Program-made: the position numbers and the translations under genes
Part shown: positions 40,904 through 54,030 of the stretch, one piece after another
How positions within the stretch are numbered: position 1 is the stretch's first letter
How the letters are laid out: every line of letters begins with the position of its first letter
Assembly: GCF_054482595.1 (NCBI RefSeq)
Contig: NZ_CM137008.1
Length of the DNA stretch: 64,000 bases
Strand: one strand, 5' to 3'
The notes under the pieces: model-generated
Seen by the model: only the letters and a program-made list of their open reading frames with translations
Database searches by the model: none
What the model was told of the DNA's origin: nothing

Positions 40904-41950
40904 ATGACGCAATTTAATCCCGTTGATCATCCACATCGCCGCTACAACCCGCTCACCGGGCAATGGATTCTGGTTTCACCGCACCGCGCTAAGCGCCCCT
41001 GGCAGGGGGCGCAGGAAACGCCAGCCAAACAGGTGTTACCTGCGCACGATCCAGATTGCTTCCTCTGCGCAGGTAATGTGCGGGTGACAGGCGATAAAAA
41101 CCCCGATTACACCGGGACTTACGTTTTCACTAATGACTTTGCGGCCTTGATGTCTGACACGCCAGATGCGCCAGAAAGCAACGATCCTTTGATGCGTTGC
41201 CAGAGCGCGCGCGGTACCAGCCGGGTGATCTGCTTTTCACCGGATCACAGTAAAACGCTGCCAGAGCTCAGTGTTGCGGCATTGACGGAAATCGTCAAAA
41301 CCTGGCAGGAGCAAACCGCAGAACTGGGGAAAACGTACCCATGGGTGCAGGTCTTTGAAAACAAAGGCGCGGCGATGGGCTGCTCTAACCCGCATCCGCA
41401 CGGACAGGTTTGGGCAAATAGCTTCCTGCCTAACGAAGCTGAGCGCGAAGACCGCCTGCAAAAAGAATATTTTGCCGAGCAGAAATCACCAATGCTGGTG
41501 GATTATGTTCAGCGCGAGCTGGCAGACGGTAGCCGTACCGTTGTTGAAACCGAACACTGGTTAGCCGTAGTGCCTTACTGGGCTGCCTGGCCGTTCGAAA
41601 CGCTACTGCTGCCCAAAGCCCACGTTTTACGGATCACCGATTTGACCGACGCCCAGCGCAGCGATCTGGCGCTGGCGTTGAAAAAGCTGACCAGTCGTTA
41701 TGACAACCTCTTCCAGTGCTCCTTCCCCTACTCTATGGGCTGGCACGGCGCGCCATTTAATGGCGAAGAGAATCAACACTGGCAGCTGCACGCGCACTTT
41801 TATCCGCCTCTGTTGCGCTCCGCCACCGTACGTAAATTTATGGTTGGTTATGAAATGCTGGCAGAGACCCAGCGAGACCTGACCGCAGAACAGGCAGCAG
41901 AGCGTTTGCGCGCAGTCAGCGATATCCATTTTCGCGAATCCGGAGTGTAA
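40904..41950 (+). CDS. galT: Galactose-1-phosphate uridylyltransferase
   Basis: 348 aa recognised as GalT. Confidence 0.95.
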   Translation: MTQFNPVDHPHRRYNPLTGQWILVSPHRAKRPWQGAQETPAKQVLPAHDPDCFLCAGNVRVTGDKNPDYTGTYVFTNDFAALMSDTPDAPESNDPLMRCQSARGTSRVICFSPDHSKTLPELSVAALTEIVKTWQEQTAELGKTYPWVQVFENKGAAMGCSNPHPHGQVWANSFLPNEAEREDRLQKEYFAEQKSPMLVDYVQRELADGSRTVVETEHWLAVVPYWAAWPFETLLLPKAHVLRITDLTDAQRSDLALALKKLTSRYDNLFQCSFPYSMGWHGAPFNGEENQHWQLHAHFYPPLLRSATVRKFMVGYEMLAETQRDLTAEQAAERLRAVSDIHFRESGV

Positions 41951-41953
41951 GAA

Positions 41954-43102
41954 ATGAGTCTGAAAGAAAAAACGCAATCTCTGTTTGCCAACGCATTTGG
42001 CTACCCTGCCACTCACACCATTCAGGCGCCTGGCCGCGTGAATTTGATTGGTGAACACACCGACTACAACGACGGTTTCGTTCTGCCCTGCGCGATTGAT
42101 TATCAAACCGTGATCAGTTGTGCGCCACGCGATGACCGTAAAGTTCGCGTAATGGCAGCCGATTATGAAAATCAGCTCGACGAGTTTTCCCTCGATGCGC
42201 CCATTATCGCGCATGAAAACTATCAATGGGCGAACTACGTTCGTGGCGTGGTGAAACATCTGCAACTGCGTAACAACAGCTTCGGCGGTGTGGACATGGT
42301 GATCAGCGGCAATGTGCCGCAGGGTGCCGGGTTAAGTTCTTCCGCTTCACTGGAAGTCGCGGTCGGAACCGTATTGCAGCAGCTTTATCATCTGCCGCTG
42401 GACGGCGCACAAATCGCGCTTAACGGTCAGGAAGCAGAAAACCAGTTTGTTGGCTGTAACTGCGGGATCATGGATCAGCTAATTTCCGCACTCGGCAAGA
42501 AAGATCATGCCTTGCTGATTGACTGTCGCTCACTGGGGACCAAAGCAGTTTCCATGCCGAAAGGTGTGGCTGTCGTCATCATCAACAGTAACTTCAAACG
42601 TACCCTGGTTGGCAGCGAATACAACACCCGTCGTGAACAGTGCGAAACCGGTGCGCGTTTCTTCCAGCAGCCAGCTCTGCGCGATGTCACCATTGAAGCG
42701 TTCAACGCTGTTGCACATGAGCTGGACCCAATCGTGGCGAAACGCGTGCGTCATATCCTGACTGAAAACGCCCGCACCGTTGAAGCTGCCAGCGCGCTGG
42801 AGCAAGGCGACCTGAAACGTATGGGCGAGTTGATGGCGGAGTCTCATGCCTCTATGCGCGATGATTTCGAAATCACCGTGCCGCAAATTGACACTCTGGT
42901 AGAAATCGTCAAAGCTGTGATTGGCGACAAAGGTGGCGTACGCATGACCGGCGGCGGATTTGGCGGCTGTATCGTCGCGCTTATTCCGGAAGAGCTGGTG
43001 CCTGCCGTACAGCAAGCTGTCGCTGAACAATATGAAGCAAAAACAGGTATTAAAGAGACTTTTTACGTTTGTAAACCATCACAAGGAGCAGGACAGTGCT
43101 GA
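41954..43102 (+). CDS. galK: Galactokinase
   Basis: 382 aa recognised as GalK. Confidence 0.95.
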   Translation: MSLKEKTQSLFANAFGYPATHTIQAPGRVNLIGEHTDYNDGFVLPCAIDYQTVISCAPRDDRKVRVMAADYENQLDEFSLDAPIIAHENYQWANYVRGVVKHLQLRNNSFGGVDMVISGNVPQGAGLSSSASLEVAVGTVLQQLYHLPLDGAQIALNGQEAENQFVGCNCGIMDQLISALGKKDHALLIDCRSLGTKAVSMPKGVAVVIINSNFKRTLVGSEYNTRREQCETGARFFQQPALRDVTIEAFNAVAHELDPIVAKRVRHILTENARTVEAASALEQGDLKRMGELMAESHASMRDDFEITVPQIDTLVEIVKAVIGDKGGVRMTGGGFGGCIVALIPEELVPAVQQAVAEQYEAKTGIKETFYVCKPSQGAGQC

Positions 43103-44136
43103 ACGAAACTCCCGCACTGGCACCCGATGGTCAGCCGTACCGACTGTTAACTTTGCGTAACAACGCAGGGATGGTAGTCACGCTGATGGACTGGGGTGCG
43201 ACTTTACTTTCAGCCCGTATTCCGCTTTCCGATGGCAGCGTCCGCGAGGCGCTGCTCGGCTGTGCCAGCCCGGAATGCTATCAGGATCAGGCCGCGTTTC
43301 TGGGGGCCTCTATTGGTCGTTATGCCAACCGCATCGCCAATAGCCGTTATACCTTTGACGGTAAAACCGTGACGCTTTCGCCAAGTCAGGGCGTTAACCA
43401 GCTGCACGGCGGCCCGGAAGGGTTCGACAAACGTCGCTGGCAGATTGTGAACCAGAACGATCGTCAGGTGCTGTTTGCCCTGAGTTCAGATGATGGCGAT
43501 CAGGGCTTCCCGGGTAATCTCGGCGCGACGGTGCAATATCGTCTGACCGACGATAACCGTATCTCCATTACTTATCGCGCCACAGTTGATAAACCTTGCC
43601 CGGTGAATATGACTAATCACGTCTATTTCAATCTTGACGGCGAGCAGTCTGACGTGCGCAATCACAAGTTGCAGATTCTGGCGGACGAATATCTGCCGGT
43701 TGATGAAGGCGGCATTCCGCTCGACGGCCTGAAATCTGTCGCCGGAACGTCTTTTGATTTCCGCAGCGCCAAAATCATCGCCAGTGAGTTTCTTGCCGAC
43801 GAAGATCAGCGCAAAGTGAAAGGTTACGATCACGCATTCTTGTTACAGGCCAAAGGCGATGGCAAGAAAGTGGCGGCGCATGTCTGGTCAGCAGATGAAA
43901 AATTGCAGCTGAAGGTCTACACCACCGCTCCGGCTCTGCAATTCTACTCCGGCAACTTCCTCGGCGGCACACCGTCGCGGGGAACCGAACCTTACGCCGA
44001 CTGGCAAGGGCTGGCTCTGGAAAGCGAGTTTCTGCCGGACAGCCCGAACCACCCTGAATGGCCGCAACCGGACTGCTTCCTGCGTCCTGGCGAAGAGTAT
44101 TCCAGCCTGACGGAATATCAGTTTATTGCTGAGTAA
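43096..44136 (+). CDS. galM: Aldose 1-epimerase (galactose mutarotase)
   Basis: 346 aa recognised as GalM. Confidence 0.9.
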   Translation: MLNETPALAPDGQPYRLLTLRNNAGMVVTLMDWGATLLSARIPLSDGSVREALLGCASPECYQDQAAFLGASIGRYANRIANSRYTFDGKTVTLSPSQGVNQLHGGPEGFDKRRWQIVNQNDRQVLFALSSDDGDQGFPGNLGATVQYRLTDDNRISITYRATVDKPCPVNMTNHVYFNLDGEQSDVRNHKLQILADEYLPVDEGGIPLDGLKSVAGTSFDFRSAKIIASEFLADEDQRKVKGYDHAFLLQAKGDGKKVAAHVWSADEKLQLKVYTTAPALQFYSGNFLGGTPSRGTEPYADWQGLALESEFLPDSPNHPEWPQPDCFLRPGEEYSSLTEYQFIAE

Positions 44137-44142
44137 TGTTAA

Positions 44143-44166
44143 GCCCTCGTCATGAGGGCTTTATCT
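44143..44166 (+). terminator. Rho-independent terminator of the gal operon
   Basis: GCCCTC-GTCAT-GAGGGC hairpin followed by T-rich tail. Confidence 0.5.
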
Positions 44167-44337
44167 CATATTGTTCAAATCACCAGCAAACACCGACATA
44201 TTTGCAACTCAATATTCACAACAACCTTACACTGCGCCACTATTTTCGCTATGGTTATGCGTAAGCATTGCTGTTGCTTCGTCACGGCAATATAATGAGA
44301 ATTATTATCATTAAAAGATGATTTGAGGAGTAAGTAT

Positions 44338-45090
44338 ATGGCTGTAACTAAGCTGGTTCTGGTTCGTCATGGCGAAAGTCAGTGGAACAAAGAAAACCGT
44401 TTCACCGGTTGGTACGACGTGGATCTGTCTGAGAAAGGCGTAAGCGAAGCAAAAGCAGCAGGTAAGCTGCTGAAAGAGGAAGGTTACAGCTTTGACTTTG
44501 CTTACACCTCTGTGCTGAAACGCGCTATCCATACCCTGTGGAATGTGCTGGACGAACTGGATCAGGCATGGCTGCCCGTTGAGAAATCCTGGAAACTGAA
44601 CGAACGTCACTACGGTGCGTTGCAGGGTCTGAACAAAGCGGAAACTGCTGAAAAGTATGGCGACGAGCAGGTGAAACAGTGGCGTCGTGGTTTTGCAGTG
44701 ACTCCGCCGGAACTGACTAAAGATGATGAGCGTTATCCGGGTCACGATCCGCGTTACGCGAAACTGAGCGAGAAAGAACTGCCGCTGACGGAAAGCCTGG
44801 CGCTGACCATTGACCGCGTGATCCCTTACTGGAATGAAACTATTCTACCGCGTATGAAGAGCGGTGAGCGCGTAATCATCGCCGCACACGGTAACTCCCT
44901 GCGTGCGCTGGTGAAATATCTTGATAACATGAGCGAAGAAGAGATTCTTGAGCTGAATATCCCGACTGGCGTGCCGCTGGTGTATGAGTTCGACGAGAAT
45001 TTCAAACCGCTGAAACGCTATTATCTGGGTAATGCTGACGAGATCGCAGCGAAAGCAGCGGCGGTTGCTAACCAGGGTAAAGCGAAGTAA
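44338..45090 (+). CDS. gpmA: 2,3-bisphosphoglycerate-dependent phosphoglycerate mutase
   Basis: 250 aa from [17 protein letters not shown]. Confidence 0.95.
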
Positions 45091-45115
45091 ATGTCATTCG
45101 TTTAAAAATGAGAAA

Positions 45116-45143
45116 GCCGACTGCAAGTGAGTCGGCTTTTTTG
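45116..45143 (+). terminator. Rho-independent terminator after gpmA
   Basis: GCCGACTGCAAGTGAGTCGGC hairpin followed by TTTTTTGTT. Confidence 0.6.
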
Positions 45144-45248
45144 TTGCTAACAATGGAGCACATTGCCTGATGCGACGCTGCGCGTCTTATCAGGCCTATG
45201 GTGATTCATCGGATACGCCACTCTTGCGGTGCATCCGACAATTAAACC

Positions 45249-46301
45249 TTACCCGCGACGCGCTTTTACTGCATTCGCCAGTTGACGTAACAGAGCATCG
45301 GTATCATCCCAGCCAATGCAGGCATCGGTGATGCTCTTACCGTAGGCCAGCGGCTCCCCGCTCTCGAGGCTCTGATTGCCTTCCACCAGATGGCTTTCCA
45401 CCATCACGCCAATAATGGCCTTTTCGCCACCGGCAATCTGCTGGCAAACGTCAGCACAAACATCCATCTGCTTTTTGAATTGTTTTGACGAGTTAGCATG
45501 GCTGAAATCGATCATCACCTGTGCTGGCAGGCCTGCTTTGTTCAGCCCTTCTTTCACTTCAGCAACGTGCTTCGCGCTGTAGTTAGGCTCTTTACCGCCG
45601 CGCAGAATGATATGGCAATCGCCGTTACCGCTGGTATTCACAATCGCCGAATGCCCCCATTTAGTTACGGACAGGAAGCAGTGCGGCGCACCGGCGGCAT
45701 TAATGGCATCGATAGCCACTTTAATCGTACCGTCTGTGCCATTTTTAAAACCTACCGGACAAGAAAGACCAGACGCCAGTTCGCGGTGCACCTGCGATTC
45801 CGTGGTACGTGCACCAATTGCGCCCCAGCTCATCAGGTCAGCGAGATACTGAGGAGTGATCATATCGAGGAATTCACCCGCAGCTGGCAGACCGCTGTCG
45901 TTAATATCGAGCAGCAATTTACGGGCAATACGCAAACCGTCGTTGATCTGGAAGCTATTGTCCATATGCGGATCGTTAATCAGCCCTTTCCAGCCCACCG
46001 TGGTGCGCGGCTTTTCAAAATAGACGCGCATTACGATTTCCAGCTCATCTTTCAGCTCTTCACGCAGCGCCAACAAGCGAGTTGCGTACTCTTTAGCCGC
46101 TACAGGATCATGAATTGAGCACGGACCAATCACCACTAACAGGCGATCATCATTCCCTTTCAGGATTTTATGGATCGCTTTTCGGGCATGGGCAACCGTA
46201 TTAGCGGCATTTTCAGTAGCGGGGAATTTTTCCAGCAATGCGACAGGAGGAAGTAACTCTTTGATTTCTTTGATGCGTAAATCGTCGTTCTGATAATTCA
46301 T
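45249..46301 (-). CDS. aroG: DAHP synthase, Phe-sensitive
   Basis: 350 aa recognised as AroG. Confidence 0.95.
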   Translation of the reverse strand: MNYQNDDLRIKEIKELLPPVALLEKFPATENAANTVAHARKAIHKILKGNDDRLLVVIGPCSIHDPVAAKEYATRLLALREELKDELEIVMRVYFEKPRTTVGWKGLINDPHMDNSFQINDGLRIARKLLLDINDSGLPAAGEFLDMITPQYLADLMSWGAIGARTTESQVHRELASGLSCPVGFKNGTDGTIKVAIDAINAAGAPHCFLSVTKWGHSAIVNTSGNGDCHIILRGGKEPNYSAKHVAEVKEGLNKAGLPAQVMIDFSHANSSKQFKKQMDVCADVCQQIAGGEKAIIGVMVESHLVEGNQSLESGEPLAYGKSITDACIGWDDTDALLRQLANAVKARRG

Positions 46302-46616
46302 GTCTGTTCCAGTGTTGCCATACTTATCTTAGTGAATGCAATACCTCCAATCTATATCTTCCGTCAGAATGTGTAAACGGGGTTTTACACTATGAACGGA
46401 TTAATCCTGGAATTAGCAAGAAAAACGCCAGATTGTCGCGAAAAACGAGATCTCTCCTACAATTTCTAACTGTAACTCCTTTGTTTGTTAATTATTTCAA
46501 GATTCTCTGCTGGATTTCTTTGCCTGGCTGAAATCTTAAACCAATGCCTTATATTCACCTGCAAATGCACTGTTGGAAGAGGTTATCCGACATAACGACC
46601 ATAACAGGAGCATCCT

Positions 46617-46997
46617 ATGAAAATGACAAAACTGGCCACACTATTTCTGACTGCCACTCTAAGCCTTGCCAGCGGTGCCGCACTGGCTGCCGATAGCGGA
46701 GCGCAAACCAATAACGGCCAGGCAAACGCCGCAGCTGATGCGGGCCAGGTAGCCCCTGACGCCCGTGAAAATGTCGCGCCAAATAACGTCGACAATAACG
46801 GGGTAAATACCGGTTCTGGCGGCACTATGCTGCATCCGGATGGTTCTTCAATGAACAATGACGGCATGACCAAAGATGAAGAGCACAAGAACACCATGTG
46901 CAAAGATGGTCGCTGCCCGGATATCAATAAAAAGGTACAAACCGGTGATGGCATCAATAATGATGTCGATACCAAAACCGACGGTACCACGCAGTAA
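46617..46997 (+). CDS. ybgS: Secreted low-complexity protein YbgS
   Basis: 126 aa with signal peptide, recognised as YbgS. Confidence 0.7.
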   Translation: MKMTKLATLFLTATLSLASGAALAADSGAQTNNGQANAAADAGQVAPDARENVAPNNVDNNGVNTGSGGTMLHPDGSSMNNDGMTKDEEHKNTMCKDGRCPDINKKVQTGDGINNDVDTKTDGTTQ

Positions 46998-47110
46998 CCC
47001 TGCAAAATAGCCAATAATGGGAGAGCGGAGTCTCTCCCTTTTAATTTTTCACTTCTAAAAGCAGTATGATGTCATAAAGTTAAGTGAGAATAATTAAGGG
47101 ATGACTCGTC

Positions 47111-48052
47111 ATGGCGCACTCACACTCACACACGTCCTCACACCTGCCAGAAGATAATAATGCTCGTCGCTTGTTGTATGCTTTCGGCGTGACTGCCGGG
47201 TTTATGCTGGTAGAAGTCATTGGTGGTTTTCTTTCTGGTTCTCTGGCTTTGCTGGCCGATGCGGGTCATATGTTGACCGATACTGCCGCCCTGCTTTTCG
47301 CCCTACTCGCCGTGCAATTTTCACGTCGTCCTCCCACCATTCGCCATACTTTCGGTTGGCTAAGACTGACCACGCTCGCGGCGTTTGTGAATGCCATCGC
47401 CCTCGTGGTAATTACCATTTTGATTGTCTGGGAGGCGATAGAACGCTTCCGCACGCCGCGTCCGGTAGAGGGCGGCATGATGATGGCAATTGCCGTGGCT
47501 GGGTTGCTGGCAAATATACTTTCTTTCTGGTTACTTCATCACGGCAGCGAAGAGAAAAACCTCAACGTACGAGCAGCGGCACTGCATGTGCTCGGGGACC
47601 TGCTGGGTTCGGTTGGGGCTATTATTGCCGCGTTGATTATTATCTGGACCGGCTGGACACCTGCTGACCCCATTCTCTCGATACTGGTGTCGCTTCTGGT
47701 TCTGCGTAGCGCGTGGCGACTGTTGAAAGATAGCGTGAATGAATTACTTGAGGGTGCACCGGTATCGCTGGATATCGCTGAACTGAAGCGTCGTATGTGC
47801 CGGGAAATCCCGGAAGTCCGCAATGTGCACCATGTGCATGTATGGATGGTAGGCGAGAAGCCGGTGATGACGTTGCATGTGCAGGTGATCCCGCCACACG
47901 ATCACGATGCCTTGTTGGATCAGATCCAACACTACCTGATGGATCACTATCAGATTGAGCACGCCACCATTCAGATGGAATATCAACCTTGTCATGGGCC
48001 AGACTGCCACCTGAATGAAGGGGTGTCTGGCCATTCACATCATCACCATTAA
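47111..48052 (+). CDS. zitB: Zinc efflux cation-diffusion facilitator
   Basis: 313 aa CDF protein with His-rich termini. Confidence 0.9.
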   Translation: MAHSHSHTSSHLPEDNNARRLLYAFGVTAGFMLVEVIGGFLSGSLALLADAGHMLTDTAALLFALLAVQFSRRPPTIRHTFGWLRLTTLAAFVNAIALVVITILIVWEAIERFRTPRPVEGGMMMAIAVAGLLANILSFWLLHHGSEEKNLNVRAAALHVLGDLLGSVGAIIAALIIIWTGWTPADPILSILVSLLVLRSAWRLLKDSVNELLEGAPVSLDIAELKRRMCREIPEVRNVHHVHVWMVGEKPVMTLHVQVIPPHDHDALLDQIQHYLMDHYQIEHATIQMEYQPCHGPDCHLNEGVSGHSHHHH

Positions 48053-48768
48053 TGGGACAGCGCGCGTGAGCCTCTTTCACGTGCGCTGTTGATCCACATC
48101 CGGCTGCCGTTGAGCGCAATAAAGGTCAGGATGATGTACTCTAGAGACATGGCGTAAACGCCCTGAAGTGCAAAAATAACGACGCTAATCACGTTAATAA
48201 TCACCCACAACAGCCAGTTTTCCACATACTTACGCGTCATCAGAATCATTGCCACGATAGATAACACCATCATGCAGGAATCCCAAAACGGGAAAGCGTC
48301 CGGTTGCAGTTCAGGCATCACAACCTGTAATCCTAATGCTTGCATGATCATGACTGCCACGCGGGTCAAAAATGCAAACACCGGATTGATAAATACCGTC
48401 ATCAGACCAATCGAAACAACGCAAACCGCCAACCAGCTGAGTGCCTTCGGCAATGGCAACCAGCGAATTTTCAACTCCGCCTCGTTCTGACTGGTTTGTC
48501 GCGACCACGCATACCAGCCGTAAATATTCGCGGCAAAGAAAAACACCTGTAATAGCAGGCTGGCATACAGCTGAATCTGAAAGAAAATAATGCCAAATAA
48601 GGTGACGTTGATCAGGCCAAAGAAGTAGTTGCTGATCTTCTCCAGACTGGCAAGGCCAATACACAGCAACCCGGCGATTGTGCCTACCGCTTCGATCCAT
48701 GAGAGATCATAACCGCCTGCTCCTATTGGTATATGTACCAGGATATTCTGCACACTAAAAAAATCCAT
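48049..48768 (-). CDS. pnuC: Nicotinamide riboside transporter
   Basis: 239 aa membrane protein recognised as PnuC. Confidence 0.9.
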   Translation of the reverse strand: MDFFSVQNILVHIPIGAGGYDLSWIEAVGTIAGLLCIGLASLEKISNYFFGLINVTLFGIIFFQIQLYASLLLQVFFFAANIYGWYAWSRQTSQNEAELKIRWLPLPKALSWLAVCVVSIGLMTVFINPVFAFLTRVAVMIMQALGLQVVMPELQPDAFPFWDSCMMVLSIVAMILMTRKYVENWLLWVIINVISVVIFALQGVYAMSLEYIILTFIALNGSRMWINSARERGSRALSH

Positions 48769-48805
48769 CTTTCCCCCAAAGCGTAACGTTACGCCTTATT
48801 ATTCG

Positions 48806-49849
48806 TTATCCACGTAGTGTAGCCGCAAAATCCAGCATACGATTGAGCGGCACCAGCGCCCTCTCTCGCAGCCTTTCATCAACATGAACCTCGTGATTGC
48901 TTCCTTCCTGTTCTAATGCCTCAGCGATGGCCTGGAGGCCATTCATGGCCATCCACGGACAATGCGCGCAGCTGCGGCAGGTTGCGCCCTCACCCGCGGT
49001 TGGTGCTTCCAGTAACTCTTTATCTGGCACCGCCTGCTGCATTTTGTAGAAAATACCCCGATCGGTTGCCACGATAAGCCGCTGATGTGGCAATGTTTTC
49101 GCAGCAGCGATCAGTTGACTGGTGGAACCGACCGCATCCGCCATATCGACAATAGCTTGTGGTGATTCTGGATGCACCAGTATGGCAGCATCCGGGTATT
49201 CTTCTTGCAAGCGGGTTAACGCCTGAGTCTTAAATTCATCATGCACAATGCAAGCACCCTGCCAGCATAAAATGTCTGCGCCCGTCTGTTTTTGCACGTA
49301 ACGCCCCAGATGTTTGTCGGGTGCCCAGATGATTTTTTCACCCAAACTATCAAGATGATCAATAAGTTCGACGGCAATGCTTGAAGTTACCACCCAATCT
49401 GCCCGCGCTTTTACCGCAGCAGAAGTGTTGGCGTAGACGACGACAGTACGATCGGGATGGGCATCGCAAAATGCGTTAAATTCTTCAACAGGGCAGCCGA
49501 GATCCAGTGAACACTCAGCCTGAAGTGTCGGCATCAGAATTGTTTTTTCCGGACTGAGAATTTTGGCGGTTTCTCCCATAAATCTCACCCCAGCGACTAA
49601 CAACGTAGAAGCGGGATGCTTTGCACCGAAGCGCGCCATTTCCAAAGAATCAGAAATACAGCCACCGGTTTCTTCTGCCAGTTGTTGAATTTCGGGATCG
49701 GTATAGTAGTGGGCAACCATCACCGCATTACGTTCTTTTAGCAGACGTTTTATCTTCTCGCGGTAATACGCTTTTTCATCAATGCTTAACGGCGTCGGCT
49801 TCGGGGGGAAAGGATAAATCGCCGTGTCTGGATCAAACATCACGCTCAT
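48806..49849 (-). CDS. nadA: Quinolinate synthase
   Basis: 347 aa recognised as NadA. Confidence 0.9.
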   Translation of the reverse strand: MSVMFDPDTAIYPFPPKPTPLSIDEKAYYREKIKRLLKERNAVMVAHYYTDPEIQQLAEETGGCISDSLEMARFGAKHPASTLLVAGVRFMGETAKILSPEKTILMPTLQAECSLDLGCPVEEFNAFCDAHPDRTVVVYANTSAAVKARADWVVTSSIAVELIDHLDSLGEKIIWAPDKHLGRYVQKQTGADILCWQGACIVHDEFKTQALTRLQEEYPDAAILVHPESPQAIVDMADAVGSTSQLIAAAKTLPHQRLIVATDRGIFYKMQQAVPDKELLEAPTAGEGATCRSCAHCPWMAMNGLQAIAEALEQEGSNHEVHVDERLRERALVPLNRMLDFAATLRG

Positions 49850-50094
49850 CTTACCATCTCGTTTTACAGGCTTAACGTTAAAACCGACATTAGCGTGATA
49901 TTCGCTGTTATCGGTGTAATTTGTTTTATATGCTAAACAAGATAGTCGAATGGTAGGGAAAAGTCACTCGAATTACGTATGAGATGCCGAATGCCACACT
50001 TTGCGTCTTATTCCTCCGACGTAAAGTTGTTTACGCAGCAAGCGCGGAGTATGTCATCAGGGTCAAGAATTGAAATTGAGAGATGCCTGAATAG

Positions 50095-50123
50095 CAAAAA
50101 AGCGCCTTTAGGGCGCTTTTTTA
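50095..50123 (-). terminator. Rho-independent terminator at the end of the tRNA operon
   Basis: AGCGCC-TTTA-GGGCGCT hairpin flanked by A/T runs; identical copy at 50251-50279. Confidence 0.5.
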
Positions 50124-50282
50124 CATTGGTGGGTCGTGCAGGATGACTCGCTTCGCTCGCCCTTCGGGCCGTCGCCGCGAGCGGCTCCGTTGTTTCGCTA
50201 CGCTCAACTCAAACCTGCTGCAGGTTCGAATCTTTGAGTATCGCAGATAGCAAAAAAGCGCCTTTAGGGCGCTTTTTTACAT

Positions 50283-50358
50283 TGGTGGGTCGTGCAGGAT
50301 TCGAACCTGCGACCAATTGATTAAAAGTCAACTGCTCTACCAACTGAGCTAACGACCC
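50283..50358 (-). tRNA. lysQ: tRNA-Lys (anticodon UUU)
   Basis: 76-nt exact reverse complement of recalled E. coli tRNA-Lys. Confidence 0.9.
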
Positions 50359-50391
50359 CTTGCGGGATTATGCTGCTTTAATCATTCAGGA

Positions 50392-50467
50392 TGGTGGGTC
50401 GTGCAGGATTCGAACCTGCGACCAATTGATTAAAAGTCAACTGCTCTACCAACTGAGCTAACGACCC
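50392..50467 (-). tRNA. lysZ: tRNA-Lys (anticodon UUU)
   Basis: 76-nt exact reverse complement of recalled E. coli tRNA-Lys. Confidence 0.9.
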
Positions 50468-50613
50468 ATACGGGTGTTACCTGAAAGATTTTTACTCGGG
50501 GCCAATCTTTAAGATTGGTGGGTCGTGCAGGATGACTCGCTTCGCTCGCCCTACGGGCCGTTGCTGGCGCAACGTTATCCTTCACGCTTAACATCTGAGT
50601 TTGATGTTAAAAT

Positions 50614-50689
50614 TGGTGGGTCGTGCAGGATTCGAACCTGCGACCAATTGATTAAAAGTCAACTGCTCTACCAACTGAGCTAACGACCC
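50614..50689 (-). tRNA. lysY: tRNA-Lys (anticodon UUU)
   Basis: 76-nt exact reverse complement of recalled E. coli tRNA-Lys. Confidence 0.9.
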
Positions 50690-50692
50690 GAG

Positions 50693-50768
50693 TGGTGGGT
50701 GATGACGGGATCGAACCGCCGACCCCCTCCTTGTAAGGGAGGTGCTCTCCCAGCTGAGCTAATCACCC
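50693..50768 (-). tRNA. valZ: tRNA-Val (anticodon UAC)
   Basis: 76-nt exact reverse complement of recalled E. coli tRNA-Val. Confidence 0.9.
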
Positions 50769-50819
50769 GATACTGCGCTGGATACTACAAACTACTTCCA
50801 CCGAACCCACCGTAATTAG

Positions 50820-50895
50820 TGGTGGGTCGTGCAGGATTCGAACCTGCGACCAATTGATTAAAAGTCAACTGCTCTACCAACTGAGCTAACGACCC
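50820..50895 (-). tRNA. lysW: tRNA-Lys (anticodon UUU)
   Basis: 76-nt exact reverse complement of recalled E. coli tRNA-Lys. Confidence 0.9.
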
Positions 50896-50897
50896 GG

Positions 50898-50973
50898 TGG
50901 TGGGTGATGACGGGATCGAACCGCCGACCCCCTCCTTGTAAGGGAGGTGCTCTCCCAGCTGAGCTAATCACCC
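50898..50973 (-). tRNA. valT: tRNA-Val (anticodon UAC)
   Basis: 76-nt exact reverse complement of recalled E. coli tRNA-Val. Confidence 0.9.
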
Positions 50974-51008
50974 GATACTTCGCTGGATACTACAACTAAC
51001 TAGGTTAG

Positions 51009-51084
51009 TGGTGGGTCGTGCAGGATTCGAACCTGCGACCAATTGATTAAAAGTCAACTGCTCTACCAACTGAGCTAACGACCC
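51009..51084 (-). tRNA. lysT: tRNA-Lys (anticodon UUU)
   Basis: 76-nt exact reverse complement of recalled E. coli tRNA-Lys. Confidence 0.9.
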
Positions 51085-51248
51085 ACTTTTTCGTTGCTTT
51101 CGGTTTGTTTGATATCCCGTGGCAACGGCGGCATATATTACTGATTTCAGACTTGAGCGCAACAAAAATTTCGATGTAGATCACTCAACTGCTTATGATT
51201 CGCACGACACGACCAGAAATAATGCGACTTCTGGTCGTGTGTTATGCA

Positions 51249-52040
51249 TTACATCGCGTTCAGACGTTTTTGCGCCTGTTTAGCGCCATCAGTACCAGGG
51301 TATTTACTGATAACCTGCTGGTATACGGCTTTCGCTTTTGCGGTGTCACCTTTGTCCTGCATGATGACGCCGACTTTAAACATCGCATCTGCAGCCTTTG
51401 GTGACTTCGGATAGTTTTTCACTACCGAAGCAAAATAGTACGCCGCATCATCTTTTTTACCCTTGTTGTAGTTTAACTGACCCAGCCAATAATTGGCGTT
51501 TGGCAGGTAAGTTGAATCAGGGTAATTTTTGATGAAATTCTGAAATGCCACCATTGCGTCATCCTGGCGGGATTTATCCTGCACCAGCGCAATAGCTGCA
51601 TTGTAATCCGTGTTTGCATCACCGCTTTTCACCGGCGCGCCAGTATTCGCAGTACCAGCATCAGCTGTCGGCGTCGTTGATGCCGCCGCACCGCTTTGAT
51701 CACCGCTGGTTGATTGCGCCGCTGCACCACCGCTGCTGAGGCTGTCGATCTGCAACAGGATCTGCTTTTGCCGCTCCACGACCTGATTCAGTTGATACTG
51801 ATTTTCCTGAATCTGACCACGCAGGGAATCAATATCGGATTGATTATCAGAGAGTTGTTGCTGGAGTTGGGTTAAAAGCTGGCTGTGAGCATTAGAAATA
51901 CGCTCAAGTTGAGTGACGCGGTCTTCGACCGAGCCTGAGCCGACACTACTGATTGGTGCCTGAGCAAAAGCGGCCCAGGGGGCCGCTATACCAACCAGTA
52001 ACGACAGACTCAATAGTTGATGTCTGAAGTTACTGCTCAT
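51249..52040 (-). CDS. cpoB: Cell division coordinator CpoB (YbgF), TPR protein
   Basis: 263 aa with signal peptide and Gln-rich coiled coil. Confidence 0.9.
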   Translation of the reverse strand: MSSNFRHQLLSLSLLVGIAAPWAAFAQAPISSVGSGSVEDRVTQLERISNAHSQLLTQLQQQLSDNQSDIDSLRGQIQENQYQLNQVVERQKQILLQIDSLSSGGAAAQSTSGDQSGAAASTTPTADAGTANTGAPVKSGDANTDYNAAIALVQDKSRQDDAMVAFQNFIKNYPDSTYLPNANYWLGQLNYNKGKKDDAAYYFASVVKNYPKSPKAADAMFKVGVIMQDKGDTAKAKAVYQQVISKYPGTDGAKQAQKRLNAM

Positions 52041-52049
52041 GCAATTCTC

Positions 52050-52595
<546 letters not shown>

Positions 52596-52605
52596 TTAAT
52601 TATTA

Positions 52606-53898
52606 TCACAGATACGGCGACCAGGCAGGGAATTTGACCTGTCCATCAGTTGCCGGAAGACGCGCTTTGAAACGCCCATCTGTAGAAACCAAATTCAGCA
52701 CGGATCCCATCCCCTGAGAAGAGCTGTAGATTACCATAGTGCCGTTAGGTGCCAGACTTGGCGTTTCATCCAGGAACGTGGACGACAGAACTTGTACGCC
52801 TCCCGTTGCCAGATCTTGTTTGGCAATGTGCTGCTGCCCACCGTTGGAGCTGACCATTACCATAAATTTACCGTCGCTGCTGACATCCGCATCCTGGTTC
52901 TGCGAACCTTCCCAGGTAATACGTTGTGGCGCACCGCCGTTGATATTCACTTTATAAACCTGTGGACGACCGGCCTGGTCAGAAGTAAATGCCAGGTTCT
53001 GGCTGTCCGGGAACCAGGTCGGTTCGGTATTGTTACTGCGACCATCAGTCACCTGGCGGATCTGACCAGAAGCCAAATCCATTACGTACAGGTTCAGGCT
53101 ACCGGTTTTCGACAAGGCGAATGCCAGTTTGCTGCCGTCTGGCGAGAATGCAGGCGCACCGTTGTGACGCGGGAATGAAGCCACCTGACGTACAGCGCCG
53201 TTTGCCAGCGTTTGGATAACCAGCGCGGAACGACCGCTTTCGAAGGTCACATAAGCCAGTTTAGAACCGTCTGGTGACCACGCCGGGGACATCAGCGGCT
53301 GTGGTGAACGGTGAACGACAAACTGGTTGTAACCGTCATAGTCAGATACGCGCAGTTCATACGGGAACTGACCGCCGTTGGTCTGAACAACGTAGGCAAT
53401 ACGGGTACGGAACGCACCTTTAATACCGGTCAGTTTTTCAAACACTTCATCACTGGCGGTATGACCAGCATAACGCAGCCACTGCTTGTTCACTTTGTAC
53501 GAGTTCTGAGCAAGTACAGTACCCGGTGCGCCGCCAGTGTCAACAAGTTGATAAGCAACATTGTAAGAACCATCCGGATTCGGAGTGACCTGACCGACAA
53601 CTACAGCGTCAATACCCAGCGCGGACCATGCAGCTGGTTGTACTTCCTGCGCACTACCCGGCTGCTGTGGCAGACGAGCGCGATCTAACGGATTAAATTT
53701 ACCGCTGTTACGCAAGTCGGCAGCAACGATGCCGCCAATATCTTCAGGTGCCGCACCAGGGCCCGCCCACTGGAAAGGAACAACTCCAATAGGACGACCG
53801 GAATCTACACCGCTGTCGATCACAATGCGGACTTCAGCATGCAGAACTGATGCCCACAGTATGAGAAAACCAAATGCTACTCGTAATGCCTGCTTCAT
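52606..53898 (-). CDS. tolB: Tol-Pal system periplasmic protein TolB
   Basis: 430 aa beta-propeller with signal peptide. Confidence 0.9.
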   Translation of the reverse strand: MKQALRVAFGFLILWASVLHAEVRIVIDSGVDSGRPIGVVPFQWAGPGAAPEDIGGIVAADLRNSGKFNPLDRARLPQQPGSAQEVQPAAWSALGIDAVVVGQVTPNPDGSYNVAYQLVDTGGAPGTVLAQNSYKVNKQWLRYAGHTASDEVFEKLTGIKGAFRTRIAYVVQTNGGQFPYELRVSDYDGYNQFVVHRSPQPLMSPAWSPDGSKLAYVTFESGRSALVIQTLANGAVRQVASFPRHNGAPAFSPDGSKLAFALSKTGSLNLYVMDLASGQIRQVTDGRSNNTEPTWFPDSQNLAFTSDQAGRPQVYKVNINGGAPQRITWEGSQNQDADVSSDGKFMVMVSSNGGQQHIAKQDLATGGVQVLSSTFLDETPSLAPNGTMVIYSSSQGMGSVLNLVSTDGRFKARLPATDGQVKFPAWSPYL

Positions 53899-54030
53899 CA
53901 TATCTCCCTTATCTGGACCGATGGCCCACGATAATTTAGCAGAATGTTAACAAACTAAAATACACAAAACTACCAGAACCCCGTGGCAACCGGTGCCTGA
54001 TGTTGACCGTCGGAACAGTCAACATCGCGA

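Noticed and set aside
40016-43030. Minus-strand ORFs of 166-280 aa within galE, galT and galK
   Set aside because: Antisense to unambiguous gal operon genes; no independent support.
50093-51100. Regularly spaced ~76-bp repeats that could be mistaken for a CRISPR array
   Set aside because: The repeats are exact tRNA-Lys and tRNA-Val genes (lysT operon), not CRISPR repeats; no cas genes nearby.
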